A DNA stretch of 55,223 bases from NCBI GenBank assembly GCA_002633005.1, contig NMRA01000364.1, positions 1 to 55,223 on the forward strand. The letters are read 5' to 3'. Position numbers and translations under genes: made by a program. The stretch's first letter is position 1. Every line of letters starts with the position of its first letter. The DNA is from Phoronis australis (taxonomy: Eukaryota > Animalia > Phoronida). Under the pieces are notes generated by a model that searched no databases, had not been told where the DNA came from, and saw only the letters and a list, made by a program, of their open reading frames with translations. This document shows, in pieces, positions 11,891 to 23,100 of the stretch.

Positions 11891-14228
11891 TTTAGTATTT
11901 TTATTCAGTGACTGACTCCTGGTGTGGTTTTGAAAATGGTTGTTTTTTAGGCTGAAATGCAGATTTTTTACTATGTTCTGCAATGACCCTGTCATTTCCA
12001 CATGGTTATCTTGAAAAGCAAATTATTGTATACATATTATTGTCATCTTGTGAGGTGTGCAATTTATTGCGGTTTGACTGGTTCCACCAGGGATAGCAGT
12101 ATTGTGCACCTACCGGTACTTTGCTCAAACCCACGTTTCATATTATTATATTGATAACTTTTCCTCGTGAAGGTAGTGATCTCAGCAGTTATATCACTTA
12201 TGGTGTTTTGTCAAGTAGTAGAACCTTGTACTGCTATGACTCAAATTTTGAAGGTGCCTATCTTGTAGTTAAGTCCCACTTTAAATATTTTGCTCACCAT
12301 ATGAGTTATTGTTTACATGGAGGGATTCATACTTATGGATGATCTCATCAGGGATTGCATGTAACACTATTTGGGTGTGTATATTTGTTACATGTTCATT
12401 GTATAAAGTGTATTGTTTATATTGCAGAGTTTATAATTGTTAGTTTAAAAGATTTCGGTAGGTTATCTCAACAGTGCTTAGTGCATGTTTTGCTCATCCT
12501 GTGAAGTGTAATATTTGTACTGAAGAGTTTATCATCGCTAGTGCCTGTGTCCCTTATTGCTTTTCCCATAGTATGAACAACTAGTCATGTTAACGTTTGA
12601 AATTCTCATGTACAATATATATTACACTATTCCGAAATCTTACACTTATTTGCATTGCGCAAGCACTAATCTGAAGAGTGGCCTACTAGTTATGCGGAAT
12701 GCGCACAACGCATTGTTAAAGCGAGGTGATCGTATGCCGCTGGGTTTTTATTTTCTTACTCTTTGTGAACGCAGTGCCTGCAACTCGCATTTATTCCTAA
12801 GTTTATGCAATCATTTTAAATTACAAAACATGAAACCCTGGGAACCGGTGGGGCAGTTAAATTTTGACATCGACAATATATACGTGTCATTTGAAGTAGT
12901 AGCCCGTTGTAGGGGGCCACGACCAAAAATATGGGTACACATCACATGTTTAACCACAAACAACAAGTGAAAGAGTTACTTTTTCAGGTAAGCGACGCGT
13001 TGCGCGCTTTGGTTGTTTTTGTCCGTTTTAGGTGGCAAGTGGCGCTTTTTTCTTTGACGATTTCGCTGAGGTACGTTTCAGAAAATCGTACTGTAGGCCT
13101 AAGTCATTTTTTCTGTGCCAGTTCATTTAGGTACACAGCAACTGAAAAAATGGATAAATCACGTCATTTTAAATCTCCATATCGCTCCGTTATGGCCACT
13201 TCGACTTGGATGGATTTTGGCTCTTTCAAACACTCCTCCATGCTCTATTTTTTGAAGTTCGTTAACGAAAACGCGTACCAGGATGTAAGGTTCGTGCCCT
13301 CCCCCTCGAGTTTTAGTTGGTAATTTTGACATGAAGATGATGGTGATATTTATGCGTTCCTTGACGAGAATTCCAGCAAGTCAAGTTTTGCCTAATTCAG
13401 CTTTTCATTCATTTTTATACCGTGTATGGTCGCTGGCAAAATAAGATACCATCAAGATTTTAGTCTAGATGTTTCCTAACTCGATTTTTAGCCATAACAC
13501 TGAGCGCGCAAGAGAAGACGGAACATATTTGCGACGTTTCGTTTACTCAAAGTTAATGAGCCTAAACGTCAGAAAATATTTGTTTTCTCTTTCTCGCTTA
13601 TAATGATTTTCAAGGGTTTCCGTTATTCAATTTCGGCAAGGTCGTCGCTTTCTCGCAAAACTACCGATTGGATGATCAATTACGCACTTATTTACTCTCC
13701 GTTTTAACGTTGATCATCGTCAATACACCTCCAAAAATTGCACATCGTCTTTGCGCAAACTACATTGAGATTTAAGTCTCCCGAAAAAAGTTGACGGTCG
13801 GATAGTGTTTAAAAGTCTAATTCTAAGTTTCTCCAGTTAGTGCACAAATGAAGTAAAAGAAAGTATTTCTGCTTGTCGCGTCAGCTGTTGGTATCATCAT
13901 CTCGATTTATGACCCACAACGCGTGACTGGACAAAGCCTTTTCAAATTAGCCGGTGGAGCGTGAGACCCCTGAGGTCCCAATCGAGTCCTCACGACAACT
14001 CCGCGTTATGTTCCTCACAGGTTAACGAGACACCTCTCGACCGGCAAGGTGATCGAGGTCGACCGTATAAGAGGCGGTGTGGATATAGCTTGATTAAGAC
14101 GGTAAAAAAGCCTAATTAAATCGGGTGGCATTCTCCTCTAATTTCCTTTAAGCTGCTCTGTATCGCGACTGGATCAATACAGCCTTAAAAACTAGAGCTG
14201 TCAGTGGGTGACGTAGTGGATCAGTAAA

Positions 14229-16022
14229 ATGGCGACAAGAAATATTCCAAGACAAAGGCTAATCAAATGGCTACTGGTGTTGGCGTCCTGTGGTATTTTG
14301 CTACGAATTATAATACGTACAAGGTCGCAAATTGGCGATGTCTTCAGCTTTTGGACGAACAGAAACTGTAGATACACAGACGCAGACTTACAGAACGAGT
14401 TAGTCAAGGTAGGAAAAATAATAAGCGAAGCACACAGACACGCTCGCAGTGCAAGAACAATAAGTGCTTTGGTTCGAGCGTTCAATTACATCGAGAACAG
14501 AACACGGGTGAAAACTGACCATCATTCCAAGAGAGGGCAACCTCCTATGAGTACTCCAGAAAGTGCTTCTTCAGAAAAACCTGACGTTTGTCCCGAAGTA
14601 TACAAAGGAATGTTAGACTTTGGGTACTTTGAACGAGGATGGGAGATCGAAAACTGTGATTCCAAGGCATTCGAAAACATTGTTACGCTGGTGTTAAACG
14701 CATGGGCGTACACGAGTCGAGAAGTTCTGGAACTGATTGAACAAATCAGACTGGAATATCCGAAATTAAAACTGCTCATTTCTGCCAATCCGTCGACGGA
14801 ACTTCGAAAGCAATCACAGTTGGATGGCAATTTGACAATTTATACGAACCTCGGACCCTTCTCGTGGATGTCTTTAATCCGTGAAGTAAACACGAAATAT
14901 TTGGTTGCCCTACGTGATGTTCGTAGATTCTCAAACCAAACACGTCTCGAGCGCCTAATCAGTGTGTCTAATCGATTCAATGTATCGATAGTAGGGGGCG
15001 CAACTGTCGGCCGCAATGGCCATTGGTGGCACGGTTGTTACCAAGTATTGCTGAGAAATTACTCTTTAAAATATGAGCATGGCTACGAATTTTCTCGTGA
15101 TTCATGCTGGTTTTGCGACTACCTGTCGGGCCCATTTCTTGCGAGGACAAACCATTTAAAAACAATTATGTCTTCTGTAGGTGTACACGAAAGTGACCTG
15201 GTGTTTAGTGACTTATTTTTATCTGCAACATCTAAGCATGAAGTGACAGTCATGGGGTGTCCGGATGTTATGTTTCACATCGATGTAATCACAATAGAAA
15301 AACAGGAGACTAGGCAGTTATGGCTGCCGTTAGCGAAAACCTTTGTGCTCAACCGAATTATGTCATATTCCGGTGCCATTTTTAACTTCTCGTGTAAAGA
15401 CATAGGATTGTCATGTACCGGATTTGACACTTACAAAGGAAAACTTGTTCCGCCTTGCTGTTTCGAGTTGCTCAACATTTGTTTGAAAGCTCTGATGGAC
15501 TACTGTCAGAAGCATGATGTGTTCATTGATATAAGATTTGGAACCTTATTAGGAGCACTGAAATTCAAAAAAGCACTTCCTTGGGACATAGACGGCGATT
15601 TTCAATATTTCAGGGGTAACCACTCCACGATTGTAAAGTCAATCTCAGTACTGAGTAAACGAGGATGCGTGTTTTCACCCGCTGAAGTTTACGGCACGAT
15701 GAATGCTAACGGTTGGTACGTCGATGTGACGGCCATTTCATTGACTCCATCTCTGGCCTATAGACAGAGGTCGGGTTACAATCAAACTTACGTGCTTTTC
15801 GACGGCATGTGGGTAAACGCCCCACCCAACCCGGGCAAGATGGTTAGACTTCAGTATGTACATGACATATATAAACACGTCAACCCTCACCGACATACAG
15901 GTAAGGACCTACAGTCGATATACGTGTCGGAAAAGTTCATGAAATGCCCAAAGGGCGCCATTTCCCACAGCTGCCTGGACGAGTATTACAGCGACGGAAG
16001 TTTACAGTTTACATCACCGTAA
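14229..16022 (+). CDS. Fukutin-related protein (FKRP)-like, LicD-family nucleotidyltransferase-fold phosphotransferase; type II membrane protein, 597 aa, single coding exon
   Basis: Long uninterrupted ORF with a strong start (aaaATGG) and an N-terminal signal anchor. It has a GT-A-like stem (CDYLSGPFLART, GCPDVMF), a Cys cluster CKDIGLSC...PPCC like the FKRP zinc finger, and the LicD catalytic motif GTLLGALKFKKALPWDIDGD. AATAAA occurs at ~16145 and ~16235. Confidence 0.9.
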   Translation: MATRNIPRQRLIKWLLVLASCGILLRIIIRTRSQIGDVFSFWTNRNCRYTDADLQNELVKVGKIISEAHRHARSARTISALVRAFNYIENRTRVKTDHHSKRGQPPMSTPESASSEKPDVCPEVYKGMLDFGYFERGWEIENCDSKAFENIVTLVLNAWAYTSREVLELIEQIRLEYPKLKLLISANPSTELRKQSQLDGNLTIYTNLGPFSWMSLIREVNTKYLVALRDVRRFSNQTRLERLISVSNRFNVSIVGGATVGRNGHWWHGCYQVLLRNYSLKYEHGYEFSRDSCWFCDYLSGPFLARTNHLKTIMSSVGVHESDLVFSDLFLSATSKHEVTVMGCPDVMFHIDVITIEKQETRQLWLPLAKTFVLNRIMSYSGAIFNFSCKDIGLSCTGFDTYKGKLVPPCCFELLNICLKALMDYCQKHDVFIDIRFGTLLGALKFKKALPWDIDGDFQYFRGNHSTIVKSISVLSKRGCVFSPAEVYGTMNANGWYVDVTAISLTPSLAYRQRSGYNQTYVLFDGMWVNAPPNPGKMVRLQYVHDIYKHVNPHRHTGKDLQSIYVSEKFMKCPKGAISHSCLDEYYSDGSLQFTSP

Positions 16023-16549
16023 CTGTTCTTCCAGCTTGTTGTTATTGATGGTGCACAGGTATATTAAAGAAAATATGATATGTTCCCATTTTCTGATGGA
16101 TTCGATGTATTTTGCGCCAGTCTAGTGGCCATTTTTATGATACAAATAAACACCCCTATGTAGAAGCACACCGTTTGCGGTGCATTCGTGGCATTTCAAC
16201 GCTCTGGGTTGCTCTTGTTTTGGTTATTGTTTGAAATAAAGGCTATTCGCGTACTTATTTTCGATTCTGTTTTATTAATAGTATCATAGAAATCACTCTT
16301 TTTTCGAATCAAAATACATAATTTTTCCAATAATTTAGACCTAAACTACTGCAATATAACGTTAGTTTTCATTTTTGTATTGTACTGCAAAATATTTCAA
16401 AGCTAAAATAACTTTATATTACTCGTGATATTCCGGCAATTTCCGTAAAATGTGTCAGAACAGGGCCATCCCAGATTCTCAGCGACACGTGAATCTCGCT
16501 GTATTTACTCACAATGCCCTAAATATCTGGAAGGCTTAAGATCATTTCT

Positions 16550-17035
16550 AAAATCTATTGGTCTATTTGCACCAACATCAAACCTCTTTGCATTGGCAAG
16601 AGGTCGGTCGACCATTTCTCTGGCCGTCTTCAGGTGTGTACAGCATTCTTAGATCGAAGAACTAGCACTGGTGTATGGTACACTCATGGTGGCCAACCAT
16701 AAGCCTCTTCTTTCATTTTCTTTTTTTTGTGACCCAGGCTGGGATTGAAATAGGGACCTAGCAGACTGTCACTCCAGAACTCTAACCACGATGACTGTAT
16801 GACTTGATGGTGTAGTGGTTACAGTACTCGACTGACAGTCTAAGGGTCCCTAGTTCAACCCAAGCTTGAACCAAGAATGAAAATGCGCTCATGATTGAAC
16901 ACCATGAGTGTGCCATGCTCGTGCTCGTTCTTCGAAGAACACTGTAACACCCCGCGAAGAGGGCCGGAGAAATGGGCGACCGAAACGTCGTGCCAATGTA
17001 AATAGCCTTGAGGGTAGTGTAAATTGATCAATACA
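16550..17035. mobile_element. Head-to-head inverted dimer of a tRNA-derived SINE/retrozyme-like unit carrying a hammerhead ribozyme motif
   Basis: Arms of ~245 bp align as reverse complements around ~16800. The right arm has A-box TGGTGTAGTGG (16808) and B-box-like AGTTCAACC (16852). The left arm (minus) has CTGAAGA (16633-16627) and the right arm has CCGAAACGTCGTG (16980-16992). Confidence 0.65.
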
Positions 17036-17668
17036 ACTCAGACATGATGTGTCTATATCACCGCTGAGGCCGAGGTGTACAGCAACATACCGTAAAATAC
17101 GAAAATAATTGTCATCCTGTGAAGAAACAAACAAAAACACTCACTGAACAATTGAATACTAAAAGGTTTAACCGTAGGATTATTATTGCCTACACATTAA
17201 GAACATGCACATAGAATGTATCTCGACTCTGCGTATCATTATAGAATACCGGTATATGATTTCCACACCCAAACAGGGTCCGTTCCGCCGACGCAAGAGA
17301 CTCGCAAGTAAAATCAGTGCGATCACGTGTTTCTCAACTACCAGATCATCGGCAAGTAGCCAAAATGTCATCACTGAGTTTTGACAGATGTTGGCCAAAC
17401 TTTCAAAGTTGGAACTGCTTTATGTGAATGCAGGTGATGTCTTAATCAGGACAAACATCATAGAACAATCCTTGCCCGCTTTCGTTGTTCGTGTTACTGT
17501 CTTCGGATAGAAAAAGGAAGACATGTTAATATCCCCAGAGAGGAGCGTTTGTGTATTTTCTGTTTTAACTTAGGTAAAAGTAAAATTGAAAATAAGTTTC
17601 ACATGTTATTTATTTGTACATTATACACTGATTGTAATCCATGTGAATGGAACTTCATTAATCTTATG

Positions 17669-17828
17669 CAGTGGTGGATTTAGGGGGGGGGGGGCAAGGG
17701 AGCCATGCCCCGCCTAAAATTCTCCCAGATTCCATTAGGCAGTTCGGGGGTGCAACTATCTGACGGGCAAAATCCTGGCTAATATTCTGCCCTGGCCCCC
17801 CTAACTCAAAATCTTGGATCCGCCCCTG
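17669..17828. mobile_element. MITE, CAG(T/G)GGCGGATC-type termini (hAT-like)
   Basis: TIRs CAGTGGTGGATT / GGATCCGCCCCTG, flanked by the direct repeat TTATG. Confidence 0.75.
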
Positions 17829-20146
17829 TTATGTCTCCACGAAATGATTCTGCCATTCAAAATATTAACTTTTTTTTCTTGCAGGCGCTTCGCACGAGGA
17901 ATAAAGTTTTTGATTGTAAATAGCCTAAGTACATTCTATGTGTGATTTGTGAGCTTGTTGTTAACTGTATTGTACGTGTGATATGGGCTGGAGGCCTACT
18001 TTACCTTATGAATAAACCGATATCTTAATCTGGTGGTAAAAACCAGTTGCTCATTGTGAATAAGTCAGCCTATTTCCGGATTTCCACGTTCAGGCCGTAA
18101 GTAGAAAGGACCGGTCTTTTAAATGAGAAAGCAAGTGTTTTTAATGACACTTCCTTGCATTTTTACCATTTATAACACAGATAGGGATAGACTACACGTA
18201 GCTAATGCCTGTATAGCCAGCCGAGGGAATGAGTTTTGCCCTTCGGCTCGCTATATAGGGGCTGCAATGCTCTCCATCACTTCCTGTACTAATTTTATCC
18301 CTAAGGGTAGTAATCCAAATCCGGTCACTGAATAAGAGGTTTTCACCTTGCCAAAATATATCGTACGCTTAACACTGTCACTTAAAAATACGCTTACTTT
18401 CTGCAGCGAACCTTTCTGGCACAGTGTTGAAAACGAACACGCTCTTTATGTAAAAAGTATTAAAAGTCAACATTTTTACTTTATAAGAGAATTATCTAGT
18501 AAAGGCGGCTTTTTGAGGGTACGCGAATCCGGAAAACCCAAATCAAAAATGGCAAAAATTGGTTTATGTAGTCAGGGTTCTTTCCGTGTGGTCCCTCAAG
18601 CAGACATTGCCTACAGTTCTTTAGGCTAAAACACATTGTCTATTGTGGCTGAACTAACTGCACAGCTCTTAGAAAAAATCCCAAATAAGAGCCGACTTCA
18701 CAAGCCATATCCTAGTTTGTTCAAAGGTAAGAGTTATATGTTTTCTAGTCACATGCAACACTCTGTGTTATACACGCCAGCCTCGTTGTCTGAGTATACT
18801 TTAATCGCGTTTTGTAATTTGTTGAGGGATCAAAGTTGCCCCCTGGAATCTCTGCAATCATCACCACTTTCACCCTTGCCCTGCCCCCCTTCGCGCTACT
18901 GCCCATCACTACCAGACTACATAGAGAAATCGCTTAAGTTAACACTAGAGAAGGGGGGATAACGGCTCCCCTCCTCGAAACTCCTCCTTCTTGGGCTTCG
19001 GATGGTCCCAAAACCTCTCTAAATTAAAAAAGTACCGTCAAACCCACTTAACGTATACAAATTGTGTTGCCTGTAGTGCAGTTTTCTTATAAAACTGCTG
19101 TGTAATTGACTGTATCTGAGTAGCCAAATAGTGCAAGGTATACTCAATAAAAGTACACGTTAACCACTAAGCGGACACAAGACCAAACTTTTGACCTTAT
19201 GCGTTTACTGTACTAGCCAAATACTATCAAATCACACTGGTTTCATATTCACACATGCTATATCCTTTGCTCGCTTTCTTATTGGAAATGGCCAAAATCA
19301 GCCGCTTTTTGAAAAGCCAATACTTTTATACTAGTATGTGTATCTTAAATATCAATGTGTTTCTGGATCTTGAAGTCAGATTCATTCACGGAAAAAATCA
19401 CAGTTATTCCTAACCGTTAAGATGCCTCGATAGTCTTGCAAAGTTGGCAGCTTTTTTACTGAAATAAGTATCAAAAAACATTTTTGCAAGATCAGCATAA
19501 AAACGAAAACGAGGCTAGTGCCAGAAAAATCAAAGGTGACTAATGCATATCTAGGGGTAGCCCAAGCCTTCATAAAGTTTCAGGAACATTCTGTGACGGT
19601 CGATGTAGAACCACCGGTAGATGCTCTCAGAAATTGCCACTTAACCTTTCTAAATATGTTTTCTCAACTTTCCAACTTCGTGAGAACTTGTTTCGCACTC
19701 AAATGTTGATTGACAAATTTGTCCACTCTGGACTCAAAAACTTGTGCCCGGATTGACAAAATGCGCCGTGCAGCGTGTTGGACGGTCAGTGAGCCGTCAA
19801 GTCGGGAACTGCGTATTTTTGGTACGTGAGCCGTGCTTTTTGAGTCCGGCACCGTGTTTGGCGGTCAGTGAACCTTGCTTGTCAGTCGATGAAATGAGCG
19901 ATGTCTTAACGCGAATGAGTCACATGACATAATGTAAGTTCAACTTGCCAAACCTTGGACCGTGGGCAAAACTAGTAGTACGTTTCCTTTTAACACGAGG
20001 TCAAAAGTTATTTTTTAATTCTGACAGCTTTGATAAGGACTACGTTCAGATAAACCGATCGTTGGTTAAGTTGACATTTCTCCAGTTAAATGTTAAGCGG
20101 TTAGTTATGCAGGGCAGGTCTGTGCGGCAAACAGACGTGGGAAGAG

Positions 20147-23100
20147 ATGACGAGGATAACGCATTTCGGAAACACAGTGGAAAATGCAGGAGAATTTGGC
20201 TTATTTCAAAAGTTAATTTTCGTTTTATTGTCTCTGATGGCAATTCCGTGTGCTATGGTGACTTTGAACTATGCATTCACGGCTGCTACTCCAAATTTCC
20301 AGTGCTTGCAAAACGTGTACGAACAAAGAAATGTCACGTATTCAGTGAATGAAACCGCTTTCGTTCACGTCAGCTCTGATAAAGTGGTGAACTTCAATGC
20401 TGAGTCCAAAACAAGTGATCAGTGTGTTGAGGCGTCATCAAATGTCACTCTTGATGGATATCATGTCCAAGATGAGCGACGCCCGTGTTCAACATGGATT
20501 TTCGACAAATCCCAATACACCAACACCATTGCCACTGAGTGGGGTTTGGTGTGTGACGACAGCTGGCTTTTGCCTACTTCCCAGGCTGTGGATATGGGTG
20601 GTTCCGCAGCTGGTGGTATTGTGTCAGGGTTCTTGTCGGATAGGTTTGTAATCTTTTTACTTCAAACTATCATAACGAAAACATTGAAACCACTGAACCA
20701 AAATACCTACCTGCTCAAAGTGCCTGCCGGCCTGAGACACATCCCGACTAAAGCGTGCAGTTGGATATTCCCCAAGTTCTCTACCAGCGAATAGCAATTA
20801 ATGCAATATATTGATAACATACCTTGACCATTCAGATACATTGGTCATTCACGAACTGCCCTACAACGAAACTGTTATACCAGAGACGTTTCTTAGACAC
20901 CTGCTGTTATTACTTTCAGATATGGCCGAAGGATAGTCCTTGTTGTTTCAATAGTAATAATAGCTGCAACAAGTATCGCCGAGAGCTTCTCACCGACTTA
21001 CGCAGTATTAGTGATTCTCAGGTTCCCAGGCGGAATTTTCAAAAATGTGGTGTGGATGACAAGCTATGTTATGAGTAAGTTTCACGCACAAATGACGATC
21101 AAACCCTTCGTCTGACAAGTCAACAAGATCATGGAGCTACTCGTGGTTTTCATAAGAGTGGCACACTGCGTAGCAAAGAGGTGCACGCCCATTTGTGAGC
21201 TATGAGCCCCAGAACGCCAGTTCAGCAGACAAGAAATCCACGATACAATTAGTCCCCTGGCCTGCACCCCTAAACTCCACGCACGCACCAAAAATGCTCC
21301 ATTGCGATGATCAAGTTTCAGTATAGCCTGATAAGAGTCTTCTTTTTTTCGTTACTGACCCCAACATGGATTTGCTATGTACATTGATTTCTACATCTGC
21401 TTATGAATAGGCGAGGTCACGACCATTCTCAAGGCGTTTGGACTAATAATACTGTGTTCAAAGAGTTAATCGAACGTTGCAGCAGGAAAATAAAATGTAA
21501 TGTACAATTATGCCCATCAAAGTATAAAACGGATTTTTGAAATACTATACATTTTCAAAAGTTAATCATTCCCGTTATATGTAAATCACAAAAAATAACC
21601 GAAATCTATGTCCGAACCATAAAAATCGGATTTACGCACGTCAAAATTAAATTGATTTCAACAGCCTGACTGATAAGGAAATTTACCCCCGCCCAATGGT
21701 CATTGCCCGATTAGACTTCAGATAAATGTTCTTGTTAGTAACAAGACAGAATCATGTCACTGTAAGGAATATTTTTAGAGAGATTTTATAATGAGAGTAG
21801 TATTTCTTTTTTTGCCAGCTGAACTGGGCGAAATGTAATTTTAACTATTTTCTATCATAGTACATATTTGGAGTGGTAATGGTACATGTTCTGTTTGGTT
21901 GATAATTTACGGGTTTGAGATGGTGATTAAAGAGGAAATGTCGCTTAAAATTTGTATGTATAATATCGTATGTAAAATGTCGCTCTAGTTCCTGTATATA
22001 TAATATCGTATGTAAAATGTCGTTCCAGTTCTCGAGTTCACGGGGACGTCATGGCGCTCTGTTCTTGGTGTTGGCATTCAATTTTTCCACGTGACTGGTG
22101 TCATCTGCCTCGCACTGCTTGCTTACCTAGTACGGGACTGGAGATATTTACAGCTTTACTGCAGTTTGCCGTTCAGTGTGTTGGCCGTTTTATATTGCTG
22201 GTAAAAATAGCAGTTGTAGAATGTTCTGATGTGCCGGGAATGAAATCACGGACATTCCGTCATTTTAACTTTCGATATGCAATTTGAAATGCAATTTTCC
22301 TCAAATTTCCACTATGCCAAATGAAGACTCAGAATCCGATTTTGTGTCCAAAATTCAATTTTCAATTTGAACAACTTAAATTAAAATTTTGAGGCAAGCG
22401 GACAAGCGGAAATTCACGGTGCGAACTCTTGTGGCTAGTCCCGTGAAATCTTGGGGTCGAAAGCTAGAATGGATGGGTCACGACAAATATTTTTGCGTGT
22501 GTTAATTTGGACTGGCAACTCTATCCTAAAATGATACACATCAGAGGCTGTGCAATTTGGACTAGTCTGTCTGTAAATACTTCATAATTCAAACATGTAC
22601 ATGTAAGTACACTGCATTAAGCTGTACATAGCTCAGTGTACAGCGCAGCTGCACTGGACTATCTTCACAATATTGAACATGTACTGGACTTTCAATTTTC
22701 GAACAAAAACGAGACTTTCAATTTTTCGAATTGCACATTGAAAATTTAATGAACGGAATGCGTCGAGATTAACGATGACTGGTTCCAATGTAGCCTACAT
22801 TTGGATTTTGCAATCATCCAACAAAAATGCCAAAACCTTGACGTCTTTTGCTGCCACGTTCTGGGCATGCATTTACTTTAGTTTTAAACTGAAAAAGGGA
22901 ATCTTTTATTGTAAAGCCTCGGCTGCTAAAATTAGACACCTATTTTTAAAAGGTGTACAAACCTGCGTTCCGCTGAAGAAGTGCACTTTTGATTTAGACA
23001 TCTCACCGCTAGAAATTGGACTAAATTTGTTCCTTACTCAGAATTCTGGATTTGCCACGAACTAGCAATTCGTTATCCCATCAGACCACGCTTGGTGCAT

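Noticed and set aside
13510-13595. Apparent hammerhead on the minus strand (CTGAC...GAAACGTC)
   Set aside because: The core lacks CUGANGA. The motifs arise from a simple palindrome (GACGTTT...AAACGTC, ATATTT...AAATAT).
14201-15165. Antisense ORFs overlapping the FKRP-like gene, and other short 60-130 aa ORFs
   Set aside because: Shadow or random ORFs with no motifs or splice support.
14229-16022. Horizontal transfer of bacterial licD, because the gene is intronless
   Set aside because: The architecture (signal anchor, stem, PPCC finger) is FKRP-type, and FKRP coding regions are also single-exon in vertebrates.
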